Assembly: GCA_030550275.1 (NCBI GenBank)
Contig: JAUQPR010000003.1
Span: forward strand, 69,571 to 133,570
DNA from: Bacteroidota bacterium
GTDB lineage: Bacteria > Bacteroidota > Ignavibacteria > Kapaibacteriales > HRBIN21
Length of the DNA stretch: 64,000 bases
Reading direction: 5' to 3'
How positions within the stretch are numbered: the stretch's first letter is position 1; each line of letters begins with the position of its first letter. Shown here one piece after another: positions 47,636-56,934 of the stretch. Position numbers and translations under genes: made by a program. The notes beneath the pieces are model-generated. The model was not told the DNA's origin. It was given only the letters and a program-made list of their open reading frames with translations, and did no database searches.

Positions 47636-48982
47636 ATGAGCCATCCCTTTCTGCCCTTGACCGACGAGGACCGGCAGCAGATGCTCCGTCACATCGGGGT
47701 GGAGTCCATCGAGGAGCTCCTCGAAGCGATTCCGGAGCAGCTTCGCCTGCGCGAGCCGCTGCCTCTGCCGCCCCAGCTCTCGGAAGCCGAGACCTACGAG
47801 CTGCTCCGAGAGCTCGCCGCACGCAATGCCGGTGCGCATACGCACATCTGCTTCATGGGCGCGGGGGCGTACGACCATTACGTTCCCGCAGTGGTCAAGG
47901 CGTTGATTTCGCGCGGGGAGTTCCAGACCGCCTACACGCCCTATCAGGCTGAGGTCGCGCAGGGGACCCTGCAGAGCATCTACGAGTTCCAGTCCATGCT
48001 GTGCGAGCTCACAGGCATGGATGTTGCCAATGCCTCCCTCTACGATGCTGGCGGAGCGCTTGCCGAGGCGTGCTTCCTGGCATCCGCTGCCACCGGACGC
48101 AAGCGCATCATCGTTGCCGGAGAGGTGCACCCGCACTACCGGCGTGTGGCACAGACCGTGTGTGCTGGTCGGGGAATCTCCATCGAAAGCCTCATCGCCG
48201 AGGACGGGACCATCCCGTACGAAGAGCTCGAGGCGCAGGTTCGGGAGGATACGGCGGCGGTGGTCGTCCAGCAGCCGAATTTCTACGGCACGGTGGACGA
48301 TGTTGCCCCCGCTGGGGAGCTGGCACACCGTGTTGGGGCGCTCTTTGTGGTTGTGGTGGACCCGATCTCGCTGGGGCTGCTGCAGCCGCCGGGGGCATAC
48401 GGTGCGGATGTCGTCGTCGGAGAGGGGCAGCCTTTGGGCATCCCGCTGAGCCTGGGGGGACCGTACCTGGGGCTGTTTGCTGCGCGGCGGCAGTGGATTC
48501 GCCTTATGCCGGGGCGCATCGCCGGGGCAACGGAGGATGCAGAGGGGCGGCGTGGATTTGTACTGGTGCTGCAGACGCGGGAGCAGCAGATCAAGCGTGA
48601 GCGCGCGACCTCCAACATCTGCACCAACCAGGGCTTAATGATGCTTGCCGCGACCATCTACCTTGCCTGGGTGGGCAAGCAGGGGATTGGGGAGCTGGCG
48701 CGCCAGTGCCTGCAGCGTGCGCATTACCTTGCCGAGCGCATTGCAGAGTTGCCCGGGTACGAACTCCCCATTGGCAAGCCGTTCTTCCGTGAGTTTCTGG
48801 TGCGCACGCCGGTCGAACCGGAGGAGATTGTGCGGCGCGGGATCGAACACGGCTTCTTGGCGGGGGTGCCCACCCGACGGGTTGGGGCGCGCCTGCAGGG
48901 CTTGCTCATTGCCCTCACGGAGCGCCGCACGCGCGAGCAGATGGACGCATTCGTGGAGTTCCTTGCCCGGTGGGCTCGGTAG
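47636..48982 (+). CDS. gcvPA: Glycine dehydrogenase (decarboxylating) subunit 1
   Basis: TAYTPYQAEVAQGTLQ, NASLYD, GGPYLG and TREQQIKRERATSNICTN. Confidence 0.95.
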   Translation: MSHPFLPLTDEDRQQMLRHIGVESIEELLEAIPEQLRLREPLPLPPQLSEAETYELLRELAARNAGAHTHICFMGAGAYDHYVPAVVKALISRGEFQTAYTPYQAEVAQGTLQSIYEFQSMLCELTGMDVANASLYDAGGALAEACFLASAATGRKRIIVAGEVHPHYRRVAQTVCAGRGISIESLIAEDGTIPYEELEAQVREDTAAVVVQQPNFYGTVDDVAPAGELAHRVGALFVVVVDPISLGLLQPPGAYGADVVVGEGQPLGIPLSLGGPYLGLFAARRQWIRLMPGRIAGATEDAEGRRGFVLVLQTREQQIKRERATSNICTNQGLMMLAATIYLAWVGKQGIGELARQCLQRAHYLAERIAELPGYELPIGKPFFREFLVRTPVEPEEIVRRGIEHGFLAGVPTRRVGARLQGLLIALTERRTREQMDAFVEFLARWAR

Positions 48983-48985
48983 CTC

Positions 48986-49312
48986 ATGCCCTCTGCCGGC
49001 AAATTCCGGCGTTGGCGCCGGCGCTGGGTGCTGCTCGGCGCCGTGCTCGTAGCGCTGCTGTTTGCGCTCTTCTCGCGCTACGGGGTGCTCACACGCTGGA
49101 GAATCGAGCAGCGCTACCGGGCACAGCAGCAGCACTATGAGCGCCTGCAGGCGGAGGTGGACTCTCTGCGGCAGCTCCTCCATCGGCTGCGGACGCGTCC
49201 GGCAGTGGAGATCGAGCGCCTTGCGCGCGAACGCTACGGCATGGTGCGCCCTGGAGAGACGCTGTACGTGGTAAGCGAGAGCACAGCGGTGCTCGATGCT
49301 CGTGGGCGTTGA
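48986..49312 (+). CDS. Septum formation initiator family (FtsB/DivIC-like)
   Basis: N-terminal TM helix, coiled coil and IERLARERYGMVRPGE. Confidence 0.85.
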   Translation: MPSAGKFRRWRRRWVLLGAVLVALLFALFSRYGVLTRWRIEQRYRAQQQHYERLQAEVDSLRQLLHRLRTRPAVEIERLARERYGMVRPGETLYVVSESTAVLDARGR

Positions 49313-50237
49313 TATCGGTGCCAGCCGAACCAAGCTGGTGGTGCTGCCGCCCGGCGCGCAGCAGCCGGTGCATCAGCGGGTTGTGGAGACGCCGGTTGAG
49401 GCATCCCCGCAGGAGTTCCTTGCCTGGCTTGTCAGGGAGCTGCAGGCGCTGCACGTGGAGCACTTTGCCGGAGTGGGGATCGGTATTGCCGGTCTCGTCA
49501 ACCGAAGGGGTGAGCTGCTGCTTGCGCCCAATTTGCCACGACTGCGGAACTTCGCGCTGCAGCAGGGACTGCAGGAGCGGCTCCGCTGCCCGATCTTGCT
49601 GGACAACGATGCCAACGTTGCCGCATGGGCAGAGGCGCTGTACGGAGCCGCGCACGACGTAGAGAGCTTCCTCTACGTGACCCTGGGGACTGGGGTTGGC
49701 GGAGCGCTCGTTTTGGAACGGCGTTTGTGGCGCGGCGTGGATGGTACTGCCGGCGAGATCGGACACATGGTGGTGGACATCACAGCGACCGGCATTACGG
49801 GGCTGCCGCCGTACCGGATTGGGGTGCTCGAGGAGTACACCGGCATGAGTGCGCTGCTGCGCTGCGCTGCGTCGGTAGTGCGGCGGTATCCGCATTCGGA
49901 GCTCTTTGCACAGCCGGTTACGCTCGATGCGCTCGCGCGCGCCTACCACGCCGGCGATGAGGCTGCTCGAGAGTGCCTGGTGTGGTACGGCTGGGTGCTC
50001 GGTATTGGGATTGCCTCGGCGTTGGCGCTGCTGGGGCTCCAGGTGGTGGTGCTCGGCGGGGGGATCGTGGAAGCCTTCCCGCAGTTGCCGGAGCTGGTTG
50101 CGCGGGTTGTCCATGAACGGGCGCTTCCCCCGCTTGTTCCGACGGTCCAGGTCCGGAGAGCGCAGTTCGGAAGCTGGGCGGGGGCGCTGGGGGCGGCATG
50201 GCTGGTTGCGGAGTATGTCGGTTCAGCTCCATCGTAG
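49296..50237 (+). CDS. ROK family sugar kinase (glucokinase-like)
   Basis: GVDIGAS, NDANVAA, TLGTGVGG and AGEIGH. No HTH. Confidence 0.9.
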   Translation: MLVGVDIGASRTKLVVLPPGAQQPVHQRVVETPVEASPQEFLAWLVRELQALHVEHFAGVGIGIAGLVNRRGELLLAPNLPRLRNFALQQGLQERLRCPILLDNDANVAAWAEALYGAAHDVESFLYVTLGTGVGGALVLERRLWRGVDGTAGEIGHMVVDITATGITGLPPYRIGVLEEYTGMSALLRCAASVVRRYPHSELFAQPVTLDALARAYHAGDEAARECLVWYGWVLGIGIASALALLGLQVVVLGGGIVEAFPQLPELVARVVHERALPPLVPTVQVRRAQFGSWAGALGAAWLVAEYVGSAPS

Positions 50238-50239
50238 CA

Positions 50240-50623
50240 ATGCGCGAGAGCATTATTGCAGCGCAGGCTCCACAGCCGATCGGTCCGTACGTGCACGCTG
50301 TTGCCGTCAGCGGAACGTTGGTGTTCGTTTCCGGGCAGATCGGTATCACCGCAAGCGGGGAGCTCGTCGCTGCGGACGTGCGGGCGCAAACGCGGCAGGC
50401 GTTGGAGAACCTGCGGGCAATTTTGGAGGCGGCGGGCTCAGATCTGGGGCACGTGGTCAAGACAACGGTCTTCCTCCGCTCGATGCAGGACTTCGCCGCG
50501 ATGAATGAGGTCTACGCCGAGTTCTTCGGCGCTACTCCTCCGGCGCGAACGACGGTGGAGGTCTCCGCGCTTCCGCGCGGGGCGCTGGTGGAGATTGAAG
50601 CGATCGCCGTGCGCCCGCTATAG
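50240..50623 (+). CDS. RidA/YjgF family enamine deaminase
   Basis: APQPIGPY, SGQI, VVKTTVFL, PPART and LVEIEAIA. Confidence 0.93.
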   Translation: MRESIIAAQAPQPIGPYVHAVAVSGTLVFVSGQIGITASGELVAADVRAQTRQALENLRAILEAAGSDLGHVVKTTVFLRSMQDFAAMNEVYAEFFGATPPARTTVEVSALPRGALVEIEAIAVRPL

Positions 50624-52984
50624 CACGATGCACGGAAGGCTCCAGGAGCGCAGCCCGGTGCGGAGTCGGAGCTGGTAAAATCCCGGGGCAAGCTCGTGCG
50701 GCAAGCGGAAGGAGGCAAAGCCCTCGGCGCCGTGCACCAGCGCCTGCCAAATCCGGACACCGTGCACGGAGACCAGCTCCAGCAGCACTGTGCTGCTTTC
50801 CGGCTCTCCGAGCTCGAGGGTGGCGTATTCGCCGCGCCGGAGCGGGTGCGGCAGGAGCCGAGGCATCGGCTTCTCGGCGGCTTCCAGCACGGGGAGGGTT
50901 GTATCGCCGAACTCCCATATCCGGATTCGGGTCAGCCAAACGCCGTCGAAGCTCCCCGAAGCGTCGCTCAGCAACCGGAAGCGGAGCAGAAGCGGCTTCC
51001 CAGCAACGCCGGCGAGCACCGCCCGCTGCGGAATCCACAGCGGGAAGTTCCCATCGAAGCCGTAGCCGCTCTCCTGGCGGCTGGAAGCGATTCCGGAGGC
51101 AGGGCGCATGCGCTCGGTTCGGACGGGCTGCCAGCGTGCGCCACCATCGGTGGAGAACTCCACAACGGCGAAATCGAAGCGGGCTTCCACGCTCCAGCGT
51201 ATCCAGAACTCCAGGACCGCTGTGCTGCGGGGGGTGATAGTGACGGGCAGGCGCTGTTGCAGCACCAGAGTCGCCGAATCCGGATATGCCCCATCGGGGC
51301 TGTCGGTCAGTGCCCATTGCTCCACGGTGGAGTCGTACGCCAGCGCCCAGTCCCGGAGGTCCCAGTACACCGAGTCTGCGGGCTGCTCAAAGAGCGTGTG
51401 CACGACTGGGCGTCCTCCCCACAGAGAGAGCGTATCGCGGCGCAGGACGCCGTCCTGCTCCAGTTGCAGCTCCAGGTGCAGCGGTGCACCGTTGGGGCGT
51501 CCGGAGGCGTAGTGCAGCGACCACGTCCCCACAGTGCACTGCGCCGGTGGCAGTTCGGGGAGCTGGAGCGGGGAATTGCTCACCTGGACGAGGCTGTCCA
51601 GGCTGACGATACGCACGGCGGCACCGGCAGGGGCGGTTTGTGCCCCGAGATTGCACAGCTCCAGGCGCAGGGTTGGCGAAGGCTCCCACTGCAGCTCCCA
51701 TCGGAATGGGCGGAGATTGGCTCCCGCGCTCCAGGCGATCTGTCGGTTGAGCCAGAGGTTCTCCCGCGCGTGGGGAAGGATCCGTTCGGGCTCGGGCCAG
51801 AAGCCGTCCAGGAGCGAGCCGACCTCGGCGGTCATCGCAAGCGTCTTGGGTTTGCCGTCGCTTGTGTCGTACATCCAGTCGTCGGAGGCGCCGCGCACGG
51901 CATAGCCGACCGTTTCCCGGTCACGTCCGAACGAATACAGGCTGGGGCGCGAAGCCTCGGCACAGAGCAGGCGGTAGAGGAGCGAATCCGGCGTCTCCCG
52001 CGGCAGCGCCGCGTATGGGTAGATGAGGAACTCGCCGTAGGTGTGGTAGTTCAGCGCCGTGTGGAAGGGGAGGCTCAGGCAGAGGTCTCGGAGCGCCTGG
52101 GTCTCCGGCTCGGAGAAAGGGGCGGTTCCGCGGTAGGTGTCCGAGCGCGGGTTGGTTGAGGAGCCTCGGTTGGGGGAATCCCAGAAGTGCGGTGGACCGT
52201 AGTTGCGGTTGAGGTCTACGCCGTAGCTGCCATCGGGGTTGGGACGGCGGTTTTTGCGCCACATGCCGCCACCCTCTGGAGCGGTCTCTTCGTTGTAGGC
52301 GTAGCCGTCGGGATTGACTACCGGGACGACGTAAAGCAGCCGATTGCGCAGCAGGAAGAGCGCCTCCGGGTCGCCGCGCCGTGCTCCTTCCAGCAGCCAC
52401 CACAGGAAGTACACCAGCGTGGTCACGCCGCCAGGTTCGCGGGCATGGTGCAGAGCCGTGTAGAGAGCCGCCGGGACGGTGTCCGGGTTCGCCGCCAGGG
52501 TGAAGCGGTAGCCGTAGATGGGGCGCCCCTCGACGGAGTAGCCGATGATCTCCGGCTCGGAGACGGCTTCGGGGAGGAAGCGGCGCATGCGGTCGAATTC
52601 CTCGAAGATCTCGTGTAGCCGGTAGAAGCCGCCGAGTGTGCCCAAGCGGAAGTTGGCAGGGTCATCCGCTGTGGGCGTGGGGAGGGCTGCCCGACGAATC
52701 CGCTCCCTGTAGAAGGCGGCAAGGTCAGCGATGAGCGTATCCAGCCGAAGTCCCGACTGCTGCAGTTGTGCAACGCCGGAAGCCGGGAGCACCGCCGTCA
52801 GGCAATGGCTGCCAAGCCGGAGGCTATGCTCGTCGGCGCCAGCATCCCAGAGGAGCTGCCAGGGGAGCGAATCGCTCCAGCAGAGACGGACCAGCATGAA
52901 GGGCTCCGGTGGAGAGACCCTGAGCGGTTGCGCCAGCGCAGAGCCGGCGCACAGCAATGCCACGGTAGCGTTGCGGAGGCTCAT
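50618..52984 (-). CDS. M14 zinc carboxypeptidase (carboxypeptidase T-like), probable T9SS cargo
   Basis: HAREP, NPDG, WRKNR, GVDLNRNY, FSEPET and NYHTY motifs, a jelly-roll accessory domain and a C-terminal PHP...LAPGFYQLRL sorting-like domain. Confidence 0.9.
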   Translation of the reverse strand: MSLRNATVALLCAGSALAQPLRVSPPEPFMLVRLCWSDSLPWQLLWDAGADEHSLRLGSHCLTAVLPASGVAQLQQSGLRLDTLIADLAAFYRERIRRAALPTPTADDPANFRLGTLGGFYRLHEIFEEFDRMRRFLPEAVSEPEIIGYSVEGRPIYGYRFTLAANPDTVPAALYTALHHAREPGGVTTLVYFLWWLLEGARRGDPEALFLLRNRLLYVVPVVNPDGYAYNEETAPEGGGMWRKNRRPNPDGSYGVDLNRNYGPPHFWDSPNRGSSTNPRSDTYRGTAPFSEPETQALRDLCLSLPFHTALNYHTYGEFLIYPYAALPRETPDSLLYRLLCAEASRPSLYSFGRDRETVGYAVRGASDDWMYDTSDGKPKTLAMTAEVGSLLDGFWPEPERILPHARENLWLNRQIAWSAGANLRPFRWELQWEPSPTLRLELCNLGAQTAPAGAAVRIVSLDSLVQVSNSPLQLPELPPAQCTVGTWSLHYASGRPNGAPLHLELQLEQDGVLRRDTLSLWGGRPVVHTLFEQPADSVYWDLRDWALAYDSTVEQWALTDSPDGAYPDSATLVLQQRLPVTITPRSTAVLEFWIRWSVEARFDFAVVEFSTDGGARWQPVRTERMRPASGIASSRQESGYGFDGNFPLWIPQRAVLAGVAGKPLLLRFRLLSDASGSFDGVWLTRIRIWEFGDTTLPVLEAAEKPMPRLLPHPLRRGEYATLELGEPESSTVLLELVSVHGVRIWQALVHGAEGFASFRLPHELAPGFYQLRLRTGLRSWSLPCIVL

Positions 52985-53661
52985 GCAGAAGTGGCAGGTT
53001 GGGGAACGAATTCGCAGACGACCAGGCGCTTTTGGTTCTCCTCAAACCATGGGGCGCCGTAAAGGCGGATGTCGTGCACCGTAGAGCGCAGCGTTGGGAA
53101 GCGCGCGTGCGCCTCTTGCAGTTCGGCTTGGAGATCGCCGCCTTTGTATGCGACGAGCTTCCCTGTGGGTTTGAGCAGGGGCTCCGCCCATTGAAGCAGC
53201 GTCGGCAGCGGAGCCACGGCTCGTGCCAGCGCGATATCGAAGGCGGAGCGGTACTGTGGAGAGCTGCTCAGCTCTTCGATGCGGGCGCGCTTGACCTGCA
53301 GGTGGCGTAGCCCCGTGTGGGCGGCGAACATCGCAACCAGGCGTGCCTTTTTGGCGACGGACTCCACCAGCAGCATGTGGAGATCCGGGCGGGCGATTGC
53401 GATGGGGATGCCAGGGAGCCCAGCTCCGGTGCCGATGTCAACACAGCGGGCGCGCGGCGGGAATTCGACGTACTTGAGCGCGGCAAGCGAATGGAGGATG
53501 TGGCGCTCGTAGAGGTGCTCGATATCCTTGCGTGAAATCAGGTTGACGCGCTCGTTCCAGTACCGCAGCTCGCGCACGTAGCGCTCCAGGGCTTGCAGCT
53601 GCTCCGGCTCCAGCACGATGGAATTCGCAGCGCAGATGGTCCAGAATTCCGCTATCTCCAT
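52981..53661 (-). CDS. rsmG: 16S rRNA m7G527 methyltransferase
   Basis: WNERVNLIS, RHILHS, DIGTGAGLPGIP and ARAVA. Confidence 0.95.
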   Translation of the reverse strand: MEIAEFWTICAANSIVLEPEQLQALERYVRELRYWNERVNLISRKDIEHLYERHILHSLAALKYVEFPPRARCVDIGTGAGLPGIPIAIARPDLHMLLVESVAKKARLVAMFAAHTGLRHLQVKRARIEELSSSPQYRSAFDIALARAVAPLPTLLQWAEPLLKPTGKLVAYKGGDLQAELQEAHARFPTLRSTVHDIRLYGAPWFEENQKRLVVCEFVPQPATSA

Positions 53662-53681
53662 GGGCGCAATCGTACGAACGC

Positions 53682-53707
53682 AAAAGGGCTGGCGTTGTGC
53701 CAGCCCT
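53682..53707 (-). terminator. Rho-independent terminator after the FmdB-like gene
   Basis: The minus strand reads AGGGCTGGC-ACAAC-GCCAGCCCT followed by TTT: a 9-bp stem with a short U tract. Confidence 0.7.
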
Positions 53708-53730
53708 GAGCCGATGTGTGCCAGACGGGT

Positions 53731-54036
53731 TTAGGCATTTTCGCAGGCGCCACCACAGGCGCATGCGGCGCTGGAGTTCGCTGCCGTGCTCGAGGATTCG
53801 GAGCGCTCTGCCGAGCTCTCGGAGCCGGATTTGCGGGCGTAGTCGGTGATGTAGAAGCCCGAGCCGTTGAAGATGAAGGCAACATTGCGGCTGAGCAACC
53901 GCTGGACTCGCCCGCTCCCTTTCGGCTCCTGCTGGCAAACCTCCTCAGGGCAGTACTCCAGCGCTGGTGCCGTGATGGGCTGCGTGTACTCGAATGTTGC
54001 TCCGCAGCGTTCGCAGCGATACTCGTAGATCGGCAT
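53731..54036 (-). CDS. FmdB family zinc-ribbon protein
   Basis: MPIYEYRCERCG...CP and FNGSGFYITDY. Confidence 0.9.
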   Translation of the reverse strand: MPIYEYRCERCGATFEYTQPITAPALEYCPEEVCQQEPKGSGRVQRLLSRNVAFIFNGSGFYITDYARKSGSESSAERSESSSTAANSSAACACGGACENA

Positions 54037-54040
54037 GGCG

Positions 54041-55081
54041 CTACCCTCTTTGGTTGGACACCACAGCTCCGGAGAACTCCAGCACAGGAGCCTTCAGAAA
54101 CCCGACCCGCTCGTAGACGAGCTGCAGTGTATGTGCAGCGCGCTCCCGCGCCCTGCGGGCTCCCTCGGCAAGCAGGTTGTGCAGATGGTCCTCGGCTGCC
54201 CGCAGCCGAAGGTACTCCTCGCGGATGGGGCGGAGGAATTCGATGAGGGCTTCTGCCAGAGCGGCTTTGAAGGTGGCATACCCGGCGGAGCCGAACTCGG
54301 CTTCAATTTCGGGAATGCTCTTCCCCGTGGCGACGTGGTAGAGCACGATGAGGTTGGCAATGCCGGGGCGCTGCTCCTCGTAGCGGATCTCACGTCCGGA
54401 GTCCGTGACCGCTTTGCGGATCTTGCGCTGGATATCCTCCGGCGTGTCGGTCAGGAACAGGACGGCGTTCTCGTTGGGGTCGGATTTGGACATCTTCTTC
54501 GTCGGCTCCTGCAGGCTCATGATCTTGGCGCCGAGCGGAGGGATGTAGGGCTCGGGGATGCGGAAGGTCTCGCCGTAGTAGTAGTTGAAGCGCTCGGCGA
54601 GGTTGCGCGTGAGCTCTAAGTGCTGCTTCTGGTCGGCGCCCACGGGGACGAGATCGGCTTGGTAGAGCAGGATGTCCGCCGCCATCAGGATAGGGTAGGC
54701 GAACAAGCCCACGTTAACGTTGTGGCGGTGCTGGAGCGATTTCTCCTTGAACTGCGTCATGCGCTGGCATTCCCCCATGCCAGTCAGGCATGCCAGCACC
54801 CAGGTCAACTGCGTATGCTCTGGCACGTGTGATTGGACGAAGAGCACGCTTTGCTGCGGATCGATACCGCATGCCAGGTAGAGTGCCGCCGTATCCAGCG
54901 TGCGTTGGCGAAGCTGTTCGGGCTCTTGCCGCACCGTGATGGCGTGCAGGTCGGCAATCATGAAGTAGCATTCGTGGCTGTCCTGCAGGGCAACCCAGTT
55001 GCGGAGGGCGCCCGTGTAGTGCCCGATGGTCAGCTTCCCCGATGGCTGGATACCGCTGAGGATGACCGGACGCTGCGCCAT
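54041..55081 (-). CDS. trpS: Tryptophan--tRNA ligase
   Basis: SGIQPSG, TIGH, YPILMAADIL, VPVGADQKQH and KMSKS. Confidence 0.97.
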   Translation of the reverse strand: MAQRPVILSGIQPSGKLTIGHYTGALRNWVALQDSHECYFMIADLHAITVRQEPEQLRQRTLDTAALYLACGIDPQQSVLFVQSHVPEHTQLTWVLACLTGMGECQRMTQFKEKSLQHRHNVNVGLFAYPILMAADILLYQADLVPVGADQKQHLELTRNLAERFNYYYGETFRIPEPYIPPLGAKIMSLQEPTKKMSKSDPNENAVLFLTDTPEDIQRKIRKAVTDSGREIRYEEQRPGIANLIVLYHVATGKSIPEIEAEFGSAGYATFKAALAEALIEFLRPIREEYLRLRAAEDHLHNLLAEGARRARERAAHTLQLVYERVGFLKAPVLEFSGAVVSNQRG

Positions 55082-55182
55082 TGGTTCGCTGGGGTACGCA
55101 CGACGTGTGTGGAGTGCTGCTCACGCGTGTCCCTGCACAGCATGCTGCGGCAGGAGCGCACTGCCCTCGTGGCGCCTTGGTG

Positions 55183-55257
55183 TGGTCGCTGGTGGATTCG
55201 AACCACCGACCTTCCGCGTGTGAAACGGACGCTCTGGACCAGCTGAGCTAAGCGACC
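55183..55257 (-). tRNA. tRNA-Val(CAC)
   Basis: GGTCGCTTAGCTCAGCTGGTCCAGAGCG-TCCGT-TTCACAC-GCGGA-AGGTCGGTGGTTCGAATCCACCAGCGACCA folds as a cloverleaf. CCA is not encoded. TATTTTTG lies just upstream (55266-55273). Confidence 0.95.
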
Positions 55258-55298
55258 ACGCAGCGCAAAAATACAGCATTTCGCACTTCTCGAGGGCA

Positions 55299-55892
55299 TC
55301 AGCGGCGGGGGCGCAGCAACAGCGTGGCGCGGACCGTGAGGAGACGGGGCTTGCGATCATCCCGCAGCACGACAAGCTCCCACTGCAGGCGCCACTGCGG
55401 CGGAGCAGAGGACCAGCGCTCTAGGACGAGCTGTATTCGGGCATTCGCCATAGGCATCCCTGGACGCCAGCGCCAGCTTCGGGATACGGTGCCGTCGTCG
55501 AGCCGCTCCTGGAGGTCCAGCTGCAGCCCATCGAGCACCTCCGCTCCACTGCGGCGTCCGCCGGGCAAGCGAGCGATGAGCAGCTCAAGCGAATCCAGCA
55601 CGACCGGAGCAACGACTGGCTCGCTCCGTCGCAACAGGATGCGCGCCCGCAGACGCTCTCCGGCGCCTGTATCAATCTGAGCAGTGCTCAGCTCCACTTG
55701 GTATGCTGCCGTCCGGAAGGTATCGTCCCCGCTGGTGACCTCCACGGTGACCTCCCGCTCAATGAGCTCCAGCGGCGTCTGAGTCTGCGTTGGCACCGTT
55801 TCGCGCTCCGTGGGAAGGTCCACAGGCGAGACACAGCCCCACAGGAGCAGGCTCAACGGGAGAGCCACCTTACCGAGAGAACGCCATGCCAT
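55299..55892 (-). CDS. Hypothetical lipoprotein (beta-rich)
   Basis: MAWRSLGKVALPLSLLLWGC lipobox. Last gene of the ECF operon. Confidence 0.7.
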   Translation of the reverse strand: MAWRSLGKVALPLSLLLWGCVSPVDLPTERETVPTQTQTPLELIEREVTVEVTSGDDTFRTAAYQVELSTAQIDTGAGERLRARILLRRSEPVVAPVVLDSLELLIARLPGGRRSGAEVLDGLQLDLQERLDDGTVSRSWRWRPGMPMANARIQLVLERWSSAPPQWRLQWELVVLRDDRKPRLLTVRATLLLRPRR

Positions 55893-56934
55893 AGCTGATC
55901 CCCAGTTTCCGTGTGCTGAACCACTGCCCTTCGAAGCGGTACAGCAGGAGCGTGCCCTCCAGCCCGATGCGGAGCTGGGAGCGCTCCCCGAGCCGGATTG
56001 CGCTTCCCACCCAGGCTTTCCCAACGGGACCGACAACCGTGCCGCCGAGGAGGGTATGCAGGAAGGGCACAACGGATGCCTCCGCCGAGGGCTCCCAATG
56101 ATGGGCAAGCCCAACCCACAGGAGTGTGGGGCGCTGGCGGTATTGCAGCCCGGTGCGCTCACTGGAGAAGACCTGTGGGAAGTCCTCGCTGCCGGCTTCG
56201 AGGGCAATTGCATGGGCTGTGCTCAGGGGCTGCTCCACGCTCAGGCACAGATTCCGCACGCCGGAGCTCTGCATGGGAAGTGTTGCCTCCGGGCTACTCT
56301 GCTGCCACAGCCCCAGGAAGCGGATCCCCACGCGCAGGGGCAATCCCGGAGATACCGGAAGCTGGATGCTCTCCGGCAATGTAGCAGGAGACGCCTCGGT
56401 AGGACTGGGCTGCGGCGGTGTGAACGTAGCTATGGGCGATTCCTGTGGGGGCACCGGCTGTACAACGGCTGCAGGTGGCTCCGATAGACTCGGCTGTGGA
56501 GCGGTGCTCGGTGGAGCGATGGGGATGCGCAGAGCAGGTAGTGCTGCGGGGGCGCGCATGGGGAGCGCCATCTCAAGCACTGCAGGGGAGGGTTGCGGCG
56601 ATGAGCTCGCAGAGGGCTCCGGCGTGCGCAAGAAGAGGAGCGCTCCCAGGGCAAAGCCCAGCAGCGCCGAACCAATGGCGATGGCGCCGGTTTGCCAGCG
56701 TTGGCGAATGCCCTGCTCGGCGAATCCCAAGCGCTGGAAGAGCTGCTGCTCAAGCTGCGCTGGGATGGAGGGCTGCTCCCGCACGAGAGCGCGCTGGACG
56801 AGGATGAGCTGCCGGAGGGCGGCTCGTAGTTCAGCATCGGCTGCAAGGGCGTAGAAGAGCCCCTCTTCTGCCTCTGCCGGGAGCTCCCCATCGAGCAGTT
56901 CGTGCAGGCGCTGGAGATATTCGGCGGAGGTCAT
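55870..56934 (-). CDS. Anti-sigma factor with TM helix, Pro-rich tether and C-terminal beta-barrel-like domain
   Basis: N-terminal L..LLDGEL anti-sigma-like helices, TM AIAIGSALLGFALGALLFL, a ~95-aa P/S/A-rich linker and about 8 amphipathic strands ending GISYGMAFSR. Confidence 0.75.
   Translation of the reverse strand: MTSAEYLQRLHELLDGELPAEAEEGLFYALAADAELRAALRQLILVQRALVREQPSIPAQLEQQLFQRLGFAEQGIRQRWQTGAIAIGSALLGFALGALLFLRTPEPSASSSPQPSPAVLEMALPMRAPAALPALRIPIAPPSTAPQPSLSEPPAAVVQPVPPQESPIATFTPPQPSPTEASPATLPESIQLPVSPGLPLRVGIRFLGLWQQSSPEATLPMQSSGVRNLCLSVEQPLSTAHAIALEAGSEDFPQVFSSERTGLQYRQRPTLLWVGLAHHWEPSAEASVVPFLHTLLGGTVVGPVGKAWVGSAIRLGERSQLRIGLEGTLLLYRFEGQWFSTRKLGISYGMAFSR

Noticed and set aside
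55082..55182. Possible T-box or ncRNA between tRNA-Val and trpS
   Set aside because: It is only about 100 nt, with no T-box consensus or terminator/antiterminator, just small GC hairpins.
55183..55300. tRNA genes as integration sites for an island or prophage
   Set aside because: There is no integrase, no duplicated tRNA 3' end and no compositional shift near either tRNA.
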